A stretch of DNA of 64,000 bases, taken from Spirochaetales bacterium. Lineage in GTDB: Bacteria; Spirochaetota; Spirochaetia; Treponematales; UBA12059. The stretch covers positions 1-64,000 of the forward strand of contig JAFGJV010000037.1 of assembly GCA_016928955.1 (NCBI GenBank), in the 5' to 3' direction. This document shows, in pieces, positions 30,136 through 40,041 of this stretch. The notes below the pieces were generated by a model, which saw only the letters and a list, made by a program, of their open reading frames with translations, made no database searches and had not been told where the DNA came from. The stretch's first letter is position 1. Each line of letters starts with the position of its first letter. Position numbers and translations under genes: made by a program.

Positions 30136-30957
30136 ATGGCAGTACAGAACCAGCGCAACCTCTACGAGCAGTACGAGAACGACACGATAGCGGTCAGCCC
30201 CTTTGCCCAGTCCCACATGGGCCTCTTAACCGGGCAGACGGCCATGAAAATAGAAACCTACATGATAGCCTGCGTGCCCTTCCGCCTGTCCATGAAGGGC
30301 GCCATGCTCCTGGGCGCTTTCTCGCGGGAAGAACTGGTGTTCTTCCAGCGCTACGCCGGTTCCCTGGCGGGCCTGTCCCTGGTATTCCAGCCGGGCAATT
30401 CGCCCCAGCCCCTGAAAATTTTTGCCCGCTGCGTCCTTAAATCGGTGGCGCCCATGCAGGGCAAGGAGTCCATAGGCCTCATCACGGTGGAATGGAAACC
30501 CTGCCCCCCCGACCTCTTGGGCATCATAGGCGACTATTTCCTGCTTCTGGACAGGCTCAAGGCCGAGTACCAGGACTTCAAGGCCCACCGCATTTCCATC
30601 AACGCCGCAAGCGCCCATACCATGGGCTACAACAACTACGCCGTGCTCCAGTATGGCGGAGGCCAGCACAAGGCGGCCCTCTTTGCGCTGGCCAGCGACC
30701 GCCTGGAATTCCTCCTGCCCATGAACACGCCGCCCCTGGAACAGGGTGGCAAACTATCCGTCAAGTTGTATTTCAGGGTGGCCCAGTTCTCGGTGGCGGC
30801 CCAGGTGGCCGAGCTGACCCGCCTGCCCAACGGTGCGCAGAAGGCCACCCTGGCCATAGGCTTCTCGCCCGAGCTGGTGGACATCATAGAGCGCTACCGT
30901 TTTGCCGAGCGCTTCTCCGCCGCCAAGGGACCGGACCAGACAGAGCCGGGCGCCTAG
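30136..30957 (+). CDS. PilZN3/PilZ-like two-domain protein (PlzA-like, degenerate)
   Basis: Size and two beta-rich domains recall spirochete PlzA-type proteins (MGL...KIETYMIACVPF.LSMKG); recognised by resemblance only. Confidence 0.6.
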   Translation: MAVQNQRNLYEQYENDTIAVSPFAQSHMGLLTGQTAMKIETYMIACVPFRLSMKGAMLLGAFSREELVFFQRYAGSLAGLSLVFQPGNSPQPLKIFARCVLKSVAPMQGKESIGLITVEWKPCPPDLLGIIGDYFLLLDRLKAEYQDFKAHRISINAASAHTMGYNNYAVLQYGGGQHKAALFALASDRLEFLLPMNTPPLEQGGKLSVKLYFRVAQFSVAAQVAELTRLPNGAQKATLAIGFSPELVDIIERYRFAERFSAAKGPDQTEPGA

Positions 30958-30982
30958 ACGCGGCGTCCGGAACGCAGGTTCA

Positions 30983-33900
30983 TCAGCCTGCCAGGGCGGC
31001 CAGCTTCTCCCGTATGAACTCGCTCTTTTCCCTGAGGCCTATGGGGCCGGTGGCTATCATGAGCACGTTCGGCCGCGACGGATCCAGCTTCATCTTCTGG
31101 CCGCTTTCCTTCATCAGCCGCAGCAGCCGGTCCACCGACACCTTGGCCACCTTCATGAATTCCAGCGTTACAAAACCCTTTCGCTCCCGGAGGCTGGCTA
31201 TGGCCAGTCGTTTGCAGAGTATCCGGATTTCTGCCAGGGCAAGCAGGCTGGACACCTCACCGGGCACCGGGCCAAAGCGGTCCTCCAGCTCCCGGTACAG
31301 GGCGTCAAGGTCGTCCTGGCTCAAGATAGACGCGATTTTCTTGTACACTTCCATCTTGACCGCCGGCTGGCCTATATAGTCGTCAGGAATGAACCCGGCG
31401 TACTCAAGCTCCAGGTAGGGCTCCTCCTCGCCCTGGTAGCCCTCCTCGGACAAGCGCGCAACGGCCTCGTCCAGGAGCTTGAGGTACAGGTCAAAGCCGA
31501 CCGCGTATATGTCGCCGGACTGCTCGCGCCCGAGCAGGTTGCCCGCCCCGCGCACCTCAAGGTCCTTCATGGCTATCTTGAAGCCAGAGCCCAGCTCCGT
31601 GAAATCGGATATGATCTGCAGCCGCTTCATGGCCAGCTCGGACAGGGCCCTGCCGTTGGGGTAGAACAGGTATGCGTGCGCCAGCCGGTCTGAGCGGCCC
31701 ACCCGCCCGCGCAGCTGGTACAGCTGGCTGATGCCGTATATGTCCGCCCGGTCTATGATGATGGTGTTGACGTTCGGTATGTCTATGCCGTTTTCTATGA
31801 TGGTGGTGGACACAAGGACGTGGAAGCCGCGGTGCACAAAGCGGTGCATGATGTCCTCGAGCTCGTGCGAATCCATGCGGCCGTGTGCGGCTTCCACCAT
31901 CACCTCGGGCACCAGGCGCTGTATGAAGGTGCGCGTGTCCTCAAGGCTTTCCACGCGGTTGTGCAGGTAGAACACCTGGCCGTCCCGCTCGACCTCCCTG
32001 CGTATGGCCTGGGCCACCAGGTCGCTTTGGAACTCGTCCACCACGGTGCGTATGGGGTGGCGGTTTGACGGCGGCGTGGTAAGCACGGACAGGTCCCTGA
32101 TCTTCAGCATGGACATGTGCAGCGTGCGCGGTATGGGCGTGGCCGTGAGGGTCAGGCAGTCCACGTTGGACCTGAGCTCCTTGAGCCGCTCCTTGTCCTT
32201 GACGCCGAAACGCTGCTCCTCGTCCACGATCAACAGTCCGAGGTCCTTGAAGGACACGTCCTTCTGGAGGATGCGGTGCGTGCCCACAAGCACGTCCACC
32301 TTGCCCTCCGCCACGGCGGCCAGGGTCTTTTTCTGATCTGACCTGTCCACAAAGCGCGACAGCATGCCAAAGGTCACCGGCAGGCCCCGGAAGCGGTCCT
32401 GGCAGTTCTCGTAATGCTGCTCAGCCAGGATGGTGGTAGGCGCAAGGAAGGCTACCTGCTTGCCGCCCATCACCGCCTTGAAGGCGGCGCGCATGGCTAT
32501 TTCAGTCTTGCCGTAGCCCACGTCCCCGCACACCAACCGGTCCATGGGCCGCTCGCTCTCCATGTCGCGCTTGACGTCGTCTATGCAGGTCAGCTGGTCG
32601 GGCGTCTCCTCGTAGGGGAAGGCGGCCTCAAAGGCCGTCTGCCATTCCCCGTCAGGCGGAAAGGCAAATCCCCTGGCCATTTTGCGCCGCGAATAAATGC
32701 GTATCAGGCGCTCGGCCAGGTCCTCCACGGATTTCTTGACGCGGTTCTTCCGGTTCTCCCAGGTTTTGGAGCCCAGTCGGTCGAGGCGCGGCTCGTCACC
32801 CTCGTTGCCTATGTAGCGCTGGACCAGATTGGCCTGCTCGATGGGCACGAACACGGATTCCGAGTCGGCGTACTCAATCTTTACGTAGTCCCGGTCGTTG
32901 CCCAGCACCCTGACCCGCTCAATGCCGGTGAAGCGGCCTATGCCGTAGTTGACGTGGACGACGAAATCGCCGGGGTTGAGCTCGACAAAGGAGTCTATGA
33001 CGCGCGAGCGCGCGCTCTTGAGGCTCTTGGGAGCGCGCTTGCGGCGGCCAAAAATCTCGGACTCGTGGATGCATGCCAGCTTGGCCTCGGGCACCGAGAA
33101 TCCCGCCGACAGGCCTCGATCGCTGACGTCCAGGCCATCCACGCGTATCATGGTGGCTATGCGCTCCGCTTGAAGGCCGTTCTCGGCGAACACGCGGACC
33201 TCGTAGCCGGCGCGCACGAGGGAGGCTAGTTCGTCCCTCATGTAGTTGACGTTGCCAAAGAACGAGCGCGGAGGCTCGGATCCGAAGCGCAGGCGGCCCT
33301 CGGCATCGGCGTCCTTGAGGCCCCACACGGTCAGGGTGCGCGGCGTGTTTTCCATGGCCGACTCAAAATCGACCAGTATGAGCTCGGGGGGCGGAACGGG
33401 CCCGTCCATCAGCGCCTTGCGGTACAGGCCGGCATACTCACGGCGCACCGCCTCCACCTGCCCAAGAAGTCGCTCCCGCTCAAAGAACACCGACACCGAA
33501 GCGTCGCCTAAGTATTCAAAGAGGCTCGCCGCGCGTCCGTAGGCCAGTGGGTACAGAAGCTCCTCGCCCTTGGCCTCGCCGTGCCCCGACAGGCGCTCGA
33601 CCATGGCCGCTACCTGGGCCTCATGGTCGGCCGCGCCGGAGCGCTGGCAGGCGAGCAAGGCCGCTCCGGCAGCCTCCGCCAGGGCGGGTGTCCAGACCAG
33701 CTCCCGCGCCGGCCTGAGGAGGACGCTGTCAGGGCGTTCCGGTTCGGACGCCTGCGACACGGGCTCAAAGCGCCTGAGTTCCTCTACTTCGTCGTAGGCG
33801 AACACCACGCGTATGGCGTCGTCGTCGCCTGGCATGAACACGTCCAACACCTCGCCGCGCAGGGCAAATTCCCCGGGCAGGCTGACGCGGGGCACCCTGA

Positions 33901-34402
33901 TGTAGCCCCAGGCCGCCAGACGGTCGGCCAAAGCCTCCACGTCTATTGCGTCGCCCTTCCTGACCCGCGCCAGCCCCGCTTTGAAGGCGTCGACAGGCGG
34001 CACGGGCGTCATGACGGCGCGCTGGCTGGCAACCACCACCCGCGGGCCCTCGTCGTCCAGGAGAGCCGCCAGGGCGGCCGCCCGTTCGCCAAAAGCCTGG
34101 GACCGCGGCTCGACCGGCCGGTACGCGGCGGTCTTCCACCAGGGGAACACCTCCGCGCTCGCGCCGGCCGCCTGGCAGTCGGACGCAAAGGCGTCGGCTT
34201 CCGCGTCGGTCGGCACCACGACCAGGAAACGAGGCGAACCGGGCCGCCTGGCGGCCTCGGCTACCAGCACGGCCGCGTAGGGAGCCTCGAGCTCGGCGCA
34301 GTCGATGGGAAAGTCTCCGCGCGCGAGGGAGGCCAGCGCCATTTTGGCCGGGGGGTGGGACAGTAATCGTTGAGCGGAGAAGACCGCTGGTACAGAGTTC
34401 AT
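30983..34402 (-). CDS. mfd: Transcription-repair coupling factor
   Basis: GEFALRG, VVHVNYGIG, CGDVGYGKT, DEEQRFG, TATPIPRTL, QLRGRVGR, TRCF C-terminus. Confidence 0.98.
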   Translation of the reverse strand: MNSVPAVFSAQRLLSHPPAKMALASLARGDFPIDCAELEAPYAAVLVAEAARRPGSPRFLVVVPTDAEADAFASDCQAAGASAEVFPWWKTAAYRPVEPRSQAFGERAAALAALLDDEGPRVVVASQRAVMTPVPPVDAFKAGLARVRKGDAIDVEALADRLAAWGYIRVPRVSLPGEFALRGEVLDVFMPGDDDAIRVVFAYDEVEELRRFEPVSQASEPERPDSVLLRPARELVWTPALAEAAGAALLACQRSGAADHEAQVAAMVERLSGHGEAKGEELLYPLAYGRAASLFEYLGDASVSVFFERERLLGQVEAVRREYAGLYRKALMDGPVPPPELILVDFESAMENTPRTLTVWGLKDADAEGRLRFGSEPPRSFFGNVNYMRDELASLVRAGYEVRVFAENGLQAERIATMIRVDGLDVSDRGLSAGFSVPEAKLACIHESEIFGRRKRAPKSLKSARSRVIDSFVELNPGDFVVHVNYGIGRFTGIERVRVLGNDRDYVKIEYADSESVFVPIEQANLVQRYIGNEGDEPRLDRLGSKTWENRKNRVKKSVEDLAERLIRIYSRRKMARGFAFPPDGEWQTAFEAAFPYEETPDQLTCIDDVKRDMESERPMDRLVCGDVGYGKTEIAMRAAFKAVMGGKQVAFLAPTTILAEQHYENCQDRFRGLPVTFGMLSRFVDRSDQKKTLAAVAEGKVDVLVGTHRILQKDVSFKDLGLLIVDEEQRFGVKDKERLKELRSNVDCLTLTATPIPRTLHMSMLKIRDLSVLTTPPSNRHPIRTVVDEFQSDLVAQAIRREVERDGQVFYLHNRVESLEDTRTFIQRLVPEVMVEAAHGRMDSHELEDIMHRFVHRGFHVLVSTTIIENGIDIPNVNTIIIDRADIYGISQLYQLRGRVGRSDRLAHAYLFYPNGRALSELAMKRLQIISDFTELGSGFKIAMKDLEVRGAGNLLGREQSGDIYAVGFDLYLKLLDEAVARLSEEGYQGEEEPYLELEYAGFIPDDYIGQPAVKMEVYKKIASILSQDDLDALYRELEDRFGPVPGEVSSLLALAEIRILCKRLAIASLRERKGFVTLEFMKVAKVSVDRLLRLMKESGQKMKLDPSRPNVLMIATGPIGLREKSEFIREKLAALAG

Positions 34403-34485
34403 GCTATTCGTCCGACAATTGAAGAAGGTTAACGCCCGGCCTATACTACCTCGAGATGGCAAGGCGCAACAAGGAGACGACGACG

Positions 34486-35418
34486 GTGAACGTCCGAAGG
34501 ATACTAACGGCGGCCATACTGGCGACCATAGCCCACGCCGCCTTTGCCCAGGCTACCCTGAGCGTCAGCCTTTACGACAAGCGCATATACACGCCCGGCT
34601 CTGAGATACCCGTCAAGGTGACCATCCGCAACGACGGCGCGGCGTCTTTCCGCTTCAAGCTGGCCGAACAGCGGGTCAGATCGCTGGGTTTTGACGTGCG
34701 TAGCGTTTCCAACCGCGCCCTGGACGCGTCCGACGCATGGAAGCGCGCCATGGCGTCGAACACCCCGGTGTACTACCGCGAAATAGCCCTGAATCCCGGC
34801 GAGGAATACTCGTTCGTTGAGGATCTGGCCGACTACGTGAGCATCCAGGAGCCCGGCGCCTACGTTGTGCGCTGCAGTTTCTGGCCCGAGCTGTACGGCG
34901 TGCCCGCCCAGACCCTGAACTCGAACTCCCTGTCCATATCCGTGCGGCCCGGCGTTCCGTCCCCATCGGCCGCCGAGCTGTTCCGCGCGGAGGCGTCCGC
35001 TGCCCTCAAGCCAGAGCGCGTCCCCCCGGACGTGGTTGTCACGCGCACCATCGTGGCACGTCAGAAAAGCCAGTGGAACGAGTTTTTCTTGTACCTGGAC
35101 CTTGAGCGCCTCCTTAAAACCAACCCGAACGAGAAACGGGCCTATGACCGCGAGTCCGACGACGGACGCAGGCGGATGCTGGAAAACTACCGGGCCAAGC
35201 TGATGGAAGGCACCATAGACGGCGCCATTGTGGTCATACCCAGCTCCTTCGAGATCATCGAGACCCGCTACCGGGCGTCTACAGGCACGGTGACGGCCAT
35301 ACTGAAGTTCGAGTACAGCAATTTCCACGAGGTCAAGGAGTACACCTACGAGTTGGAGAAGCGCGACGACGTGTGGTATATCGTCGCCTATACCGTCCAG
35401 AACAAGGGGACCGAATGA
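34486..35418 (+). CDS. Hypothetical exported protein
   Basis: Signal peptide (NVRRILTAAILATIAHAAFA), SD AAGGAG; divergent from mfd; alternative start 34456. Confidence 0.8.
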   Translation: MNVRRILTAAILATIAHAAFAQATLSVSLYDKRIYTPGSEIPVKVTIRNDGAASFRFKLAEQRVRSLGFDVRSVSNRALDASDAWKRAMASNTPVYYREIALNPGEEYSFVEDLADYVSIQEPGAYVVRCSFWPELYGVPAQTLNSNSLSISVRPGVPSPSAAELFRAEASAALKPERVPPDVVVTRTIVARQKSQWNEFFLYLDLERLLKTNPNEKRAYDRESDDGRRRMLENYRAKLMEGTIDGAIVVIPSSFEIIETRYRASTGTVTAILKFEYSNFHEVKEYTYELEKRDDVWYIVAYTVQNKGTE

Positions 35419-36149
35419 AGGCCCTCCTGGTCGTCGACAACGATGTAGTGGCCAGGCTGGCGTCGTTCTACCTGCGCCCCCTGGGGCTGGACAGTATACG
35501 CTACCGCGATCCCCTGAAGGCCTTGGACAACCTGGAGGAGATTGACCCTGACGCCGTGGTCATGAGCGCCCGGGATTTCCCGCGTCACTGGAAGTCCATA
35601 GTGGTGAACGTGCGCACCGTCCGGCCAAAGACCGAGTGCGCGATCATACTCCTCAAGGGCGAATTCTTCCCCTTTGAGGAGGCGGCCAAGGCCGCGTATC
35701 TGGGCGTCAACGGCGTGGTGAGGGAAGATTTCTCCGACCGCGCCGAGCTGTCGCGTTTCCAGCAGATCCTCAAACGCTACGTCGAGGTGGACGAGGCCAG
35801 GGTGTCCGACAGGCACCAGCCAAGCGAGTGGGACCGCCTGGATTTTGCCTTTTCACATCCCCTGAGCCTGGCCCCCATAGCCGGACGGATAGAAACCATA
35901 TCGACCACCGGCTTGTCGTTCATAGCCGACTACCCCGCCCTGGTGGCCGACCTGGAAACCGGAGCGGCTATAGAGGACGGTTCCCTGAGGGTAGACGCCG
36001 ACATCCTGCCCTGCCCCTGCCGCCTGGTCAGGAACGGCGCGGTCATGGCCTTCAAGTTCGAAGGCTGGGACGCGCCGTCCAGCGCCAAGCTGGAAAACTA
36101 TCTGAAGGCGCGGACCGAGCGGGAGATTACGGGCCTGTTGAAAAAATAG
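35415..36149 (+). CDS. Pseudo-receiver + PilZ-like domain protein
   Basis: MKALLVVDND..IDPDAVVMS (REC-like, Ser at the Asp site); RVSDR and TISTTG PilZ-like motifs. Confidence 0.65.
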   Translation: MKALLVVDNDVVARLASFYLRPLGLDSIRYRDPLKALDNLEEIDPDAVVMSARDFPRHWKSIVVNVRTVRPKTECAIILLKGEFFPFEEAAKAAYLGVNGVVREDFSDRAELSRFQQILKRYVEVDEARVSDRHQPSEWDRLDFAFSHPLSLAPIAGRIETISTTGLSFIADYPALVADLETGAAIEDGSLRVDADILPCPCRLVRNGAVMAFKFEGWDAPSSAKLENYLKARTEREITGLLKK

Positions 36150-36173
36150 TCTCTTTTGTATAGTATCCCACGC

Positions 36174-36485
36174 ATGAACGACCAAGTTCCCTGTGCCGAC
36201 GAGCGCCTGGCCGAGTATGCCAAAAAGCTCAAGGCTGTCGGGCATCCCATACGCCTCCGTCTGCTCTGCCTGATCGCGCGCGAGGAGGACCCCTGCGTGT
36301 CCGATTTGTGGAAATGCCTCAAACAGCCCCAGCCGGTCATATCCCAGCACCTGGCCATACTGAAGCAGAACGGCATAGTCAGCGCCGAGGTCCAGAGAAC
36401 GCGCCGCGTGTATTCCATAGCGGACGACTTCATCCGCGACCTTGTTGCGGGCATTGTGAGCGATACGGATAAAAAGCCCAGCTGA
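36174..36485 (+). CDS. ArsR/SmtB family transcriptional regulator
   Basis: LKAVGHPIRLRLL, QPVISQHLAILK..GIV, RVYSI. Confidence 0.92.
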   Translation: MNDQVPCADERLAEYAKKLKAVGHPIRLRLLCLIAREEDPCVSDLWKCLKQPQPVISQHLAILKQNGIVSAEVQRTRRVYSIADDFIRDLVAGIVSDTDKKPS

Positions 36486-36551
36486 TACGATCGATGACGG
36501 TTTTCTGACCACAAGAAACCGTCACAGATACACGAATTTGAGAAGGTTCGC

Positions 36552-37790
36552 TTAAGGTCTGGCCGAAACCGTGGGCAGGGCGCTCTCGGGGTTCGACAGG
36601 CGACGCGACGCGACCGCCCGCTCGGGTCCGCTGGCCCGTTCGGCGAGCGACAGCCACAAGGCGCGCGCCTGGCCGCGTCCCCCGGCCACATAGAGGGCAT
36701 CCGCCAGGATGAGCAGCTTCCGGTACAGCTTTTGGCCGTCCAGGAATTCGGCTATGTCCCTGCGGCCGTACGCGCGGTCCAGAAAATCGTCAAGGCCGGC
36801 CCACGAGTAATCGGTGTCCCAGGCGGATACCAGAGCTATGCCCGCGGTAACAACCATGTTGGCCGCTATGGCCGCCCGTATGTACGCCTGCTGCCTGCCC
36901 CGTTCCAGATAGAATTCCGACAGCGCCGAGTTTGCCTCAAGGGAAAACGCCGCCTTGAGGCGGTACAGGGTCATAAAGTGGTCAAAGTCGTTCCCCAGGA
37001 TGGACGAACTCATGGCCTGTATCAAGGCTGGATCTATACTCGGTTCGGAATACAGCTCTTCGTCCTTGATGATGTAATCCATCGTGCTTTCCCAGGATGC
37101 CAGCTCGCCCCGCGCACCGTACAGGTCAGCCTTGGCGTACAGAATGGCGTACCGCTCCTCGGGCACCTCCAGCGACTCCCGCTGATCCCAGGCACGGTCG
37201 TACTGGATCAAGGCCAGGGAATACTCCCCTTCCAGGGCAAAAATCTTTCCTTTCCAGAACTCCGCCTCAGGGTACGCGGACAGCAACGCTATGGCCTGGC
37301 CCAGGGCCTTGAGCGAGTCGTTGAGCTCAGACACAGGCCTGTATTCCATCACCTGGGTAAGACAGTCCAGGAAGGCGCGGTGCGCGTCAGCGAGCCGTGA
37401 AGCCTTGAGCGCGCGGATTCGAGCCTTGAGGTTGTCTCCGGCGTCGGCCACGATGCGCAGGTAGTCCTTGGCCAGGAAATCCTCCGCCGCGAAGGCGTCC
37501 ATGAGGGCTCCGATCGAGTCACCGGCGGTTTTTGCAGGCTGGGACGACAAGGCCGTCTGCAGGCGGCTTCTGGCCTGGGCAAAGCCGCCGCGGCGTGTGG
37601 CTATGGCACGGTCAAAGGACACCAGGGCCTTGCCAAAGTCCTTGTCCTCGTAGGCCCGTTTGCCCTGCTCAAAGTGGAGCCACGCTGGTTCGGTTTCCCA
37701 GGTTTGCTCCGGGGCCTCTTGCGACCAGGCCGAGCCAGCAGACATGAAGAGGGTCGACGCTATCAAAATGCCGATGGGCGCTCGCTTCAT
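36552..37790 (-). CDS. Exported TPR-like hypothetical protein
   Basis: Signal peptide; TPR-like helices (GKRAYEDKDFGKALVSFDRA; YPEAEFWKGKIF..GEYSLA); overlaps ispG stop. Confidence 0.75.
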   Translation of the reverse strand: MKRAPIGILIASTLFMSAGSAWSQEAPEQTWETEPAWLHFEQGKRAYEDKDFGKALVSFDRAIATRRGGFAQARSRLQTALSSQPAKTAGDSIGALMDAFAAEDFLAKDYLRIVADAGDNLKARIRALKASRLADAHRAFLDCLTQVMEYRPVSELNDSLKALGQAIALLSAYPEAEFWKGKIFALEGEYSLALIQYDRAWDQRESLEVPEERYAILYAKADLYGARGELASWESTMDYIIKDEELYSEPSIDPALIQAMSSSILGNDFDHFMTLYRLKAAFSLEANSALSEFYLERGRQQAYIRAAIAANMVVTAGIALVSAWDTDYSWAGLDDFLDRAYGRRDIAEFLDGQKLYRKLLILADALYVAGGRGQARALWLSLAERASGPERAVASRRLSNPESALPTVSARP

Positions 37791-38833
37791 ACGCGGGACA
37801 ATTCCTCCCCGAATACAGTATCGGCATCCTTGGCCTCGCAGGTGCGGATAATCTGCCCGTGCTTGAAGATGAGAACCTTGTCGCCAGCGCCGCATATGCC
37901 CAGGTCGGCGTGCTTGCCCTCTCCCGGGCCGTTTACCACACAACCCATCACAGCCACGGTAAGCGGTTTGCGTATTCCATATATACGCTCGCGCCATCGC
38001 TCGGTAAACGCGTGCGTGTCGAACGTGGCCCTGCCGCAGCGCGGGCATGACACGATGTCCGCGCCGTCGCGTCGGCCCGAGGCCAGGGCGACTATTTCCC
38101 GCCCGGCCAGCACCTCGTCCTCCATGGCCGCCGACAGCGACACGCGGATGGTGTCGCCTATGCCCTCCGAAAGGAGCGCGTGCATGGCCACGCCCGAACG
38201 CACGCAGCCCTGCACCAGGGGACCGGCCTCCGTTACGCCTATGTGCAGGGGGATGTCGTGCTTGGCCGCAAAGGCGCGGTTGCACCTGAGCGTGTCGTCC
38301 ACGCCCGAAGCCTTCATGGACACGATGACTTGGGTAAAGCCAAGCTCGTCCAGGGCGGCAAGCTCGCGCTCAGCCGCCTGAACCAGGGCTTCCGCCCGGT
38401 CAGGCAGGCCTTCCAGGTCTTTTGGCATGGATCCGGAATTGACGCCTATGCGTATGGGCACGCCCTTGTCGGCCGCTTTGGTTGCCACTTCCTTGAGCTT
38501 CCACGTGGCGCCCAGGTTCCCCGGGTTCACGCGTATCTTGGCTATGGGGTAGTCCAGGCACCGTAAAGCCAGGCGCCAGTCAAAGTGGATATCGGCCACT
38601 AGGGGCATACCGCAGGCCTTGGACAGGGCGCCAAGGGCGTCCGCGCTGTGCATGTCTGGCACGGAGAAGCGCAGGATCCCGCAGCCCAGGGCCGACAGGC
38701 GGCGGATGGTGTCCAGGGCCCGCTCGATGTCCAGTCCATGCAGAGGTTCCTTCCACATGGTCTGAACGGGCTGTCGGTGTCCCCCGCCCACGGGGATGCT
38801 TCCTACCATGACGACACGGGTATTCTTGGCCAT
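37787..38833 (-). CDS. ispG: HMBPP synthase
   Basis: PLVADIHFD, RVNPGN, RIGVNSGS, HIGVTEAG, GIGDTIRVSL, CPRCGR, MGCVVNGPGE. Confidence 0.97.
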   Translation of the reverse strand: MAKNTRVVMVGSIPVGGGHRQPVQTMWKEPLHGLDIERALDTIRRLSALGCGILRFSVPDMHSADALGALSKACGMPLVADIHFDWRLALRCLDYPIAKIRVNPGNLGATWKLKEVATKAADKGVPIRIGVNSGSMPKDLEGLPDRAEALVQAAERELAALDELGFTQVIVSMKASGVDDTLRCNRAFAAKHDIPLHIGVTEAGPLVQGCVRSGVAMHALLSEGIGDTIRVSLSAAMEDEVLAGREIVALASGRRDGADIVSCPRCGRATFDTHAFTERWRERIYGIRKPLTVAVMGCVVNGPGEGKHADLGICGAGDKVLIFKHGQIIRTCEAKDADTVFGEELSRV

Positions 38834-38839
38834 GAGGAG

Positions 38840-38868
38840 AGTATAGCCGCACATGGAGGCTGTGTGAA
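38840..38868 (-). promoter_or_regulatory. Sigma70 promoter immediately before ispG ATG (leaderless candidate)
   Basis: TTCACA-17 nt-TATACT-6 nt-ATG, no SD. Confidence 0.65.
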
Positions 38869-39012
38869 CGGGGGCATACAAAGTCGATCACGGAACAAGG
38901 CAGGCGGGGAGAAAGACGAGAAGAAGAATACGTCCTCAGATTACTCAGTTTGGTGCAGATACATGAGCCGCCGGCACCAGGCCGGCGGCTCATCGATCAC
39001 GCTAGTAACGTA

Positions 39013-40041
39013 CTACTCGTTGGCAGCGTAGAAAATATTGTCCGCATCAACGAGAAAATACCCGCCGGTTGAAGCGTCATTCCAAATACCATACCATGAT
39101 CCATTTTCAGGCACTGTCAAAGAGCCGTCGGCGTTTGTATCGCCGCCATGAGTGTCGTCGCGGTATTCGGTGAATATGGCCTGATCTCCATAGATCAGGC
39201 TCGCGCCGTCTTCTATCCAGATCCCGGATTGGCTGGTTTGGTAGAATTTCACGATAACGCCGTCAGCGACGTTTAAGGACTGATTAATATATAGGATATC
39301 TTCCGTGACATGGTAGGGCACCTTCGTAATGTTCCAGCTAACAGAGTCGGTCATTTCGAGGTTACAGAAAAGCAGGTAGATGCCCTGGTGTACATTCTTG
39401 AGCGCAGTGCCGTCGAGATCGAATTCGAAGATATTGGAATCATCCATGGTCAGCCCCATATGCACTGACAAAGGCCATAGATTACTATGGAACGTGTTGT
39501 TCCGAATGGATATATCCACTTCGACATCGCTTTCAACCTGCAAGGCGGCGAATGGAACCGGGCCTTCGTAACCGCCTCCATAAGAAAACTCGCAGTACTG
39601 TATATCAGCGTCGGCTCCGTCCGCTATTACTACCTTGCCCCAATCCTGGGCGGCCGGAGCTACCGTTGCGTCGTCAAGAATCGAATCGCCTCCGCGTATG
39701 TCTCGGATTGACGTAAAGCAAATTTTAGCGTCTGCTTCTCCGATAGCAACAAGGGCTGCGCCTACATCTATCCGCAATTCGCCATAAGGACCAAATTTTA
39801 CTATTGTCCCCGCTGGTATAGAAAGAGTGCCTGTTGTCACCCTTACGGACTCAGGGATGTAGTATACCTTTGTCATATCCCAACTTGTACTTTCATTGAT
39901 ATCACCATTCACTACAACGACATTGTCGGCATAGAGGGGACCATCCGTATCGCTTGGATCCAAACCCAGCATGTCGCAGCCGACGGCCACAATGGCCATC
40001 AGGCCAACCAGCACGATGCCTGACGCGCGTATTACTCTCAT
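39013..40041 (-). CDS. Acidic lipoprotein with beta-helix-like internal duplication
   Basis: Lipobox VAVG-C; duplicated G.IVKF..FT..RD..GGD....W.. module; visibly more AT-rich than its neighbours. Confidence 0.8.
   Translation of the reverse strand: MRVIRASGIVLVGLMAIVAVGCDMLGLDPSDTDGPLYADNVVVVNGDINESTSWDMTKVYYIPESVRVTTGTLSIPAGTIVKFGPYGELRIDVGAALVAIGEADAKICFTSIRDIRGGDSILDDATVAPAAQDWGKVVIADGADADIQYCEFSYGGGYEGPVPFAALQVESDVEVDISIRNNTFHSNLWPLSVHMGLTMDDSNIFEFDLDGTALKNVHQGIYLLFCNLEMTDSVSWNITKVPYHVTEDILYINQSLNVADGVIVKFYQTSQSGIWIEDGASLIYGDQAIFTEYRDDTHGGDTNADGSLTVPENGSWYGIWNDASTGGYFLVDADNIFYAANE

Noticed and set aside
36132..36149. GGCCTGTTGAAAAA resembling an IS terminal repeat
   Set aside because: Encodes the last codons (GLLKK) of a gene; no partner arm found
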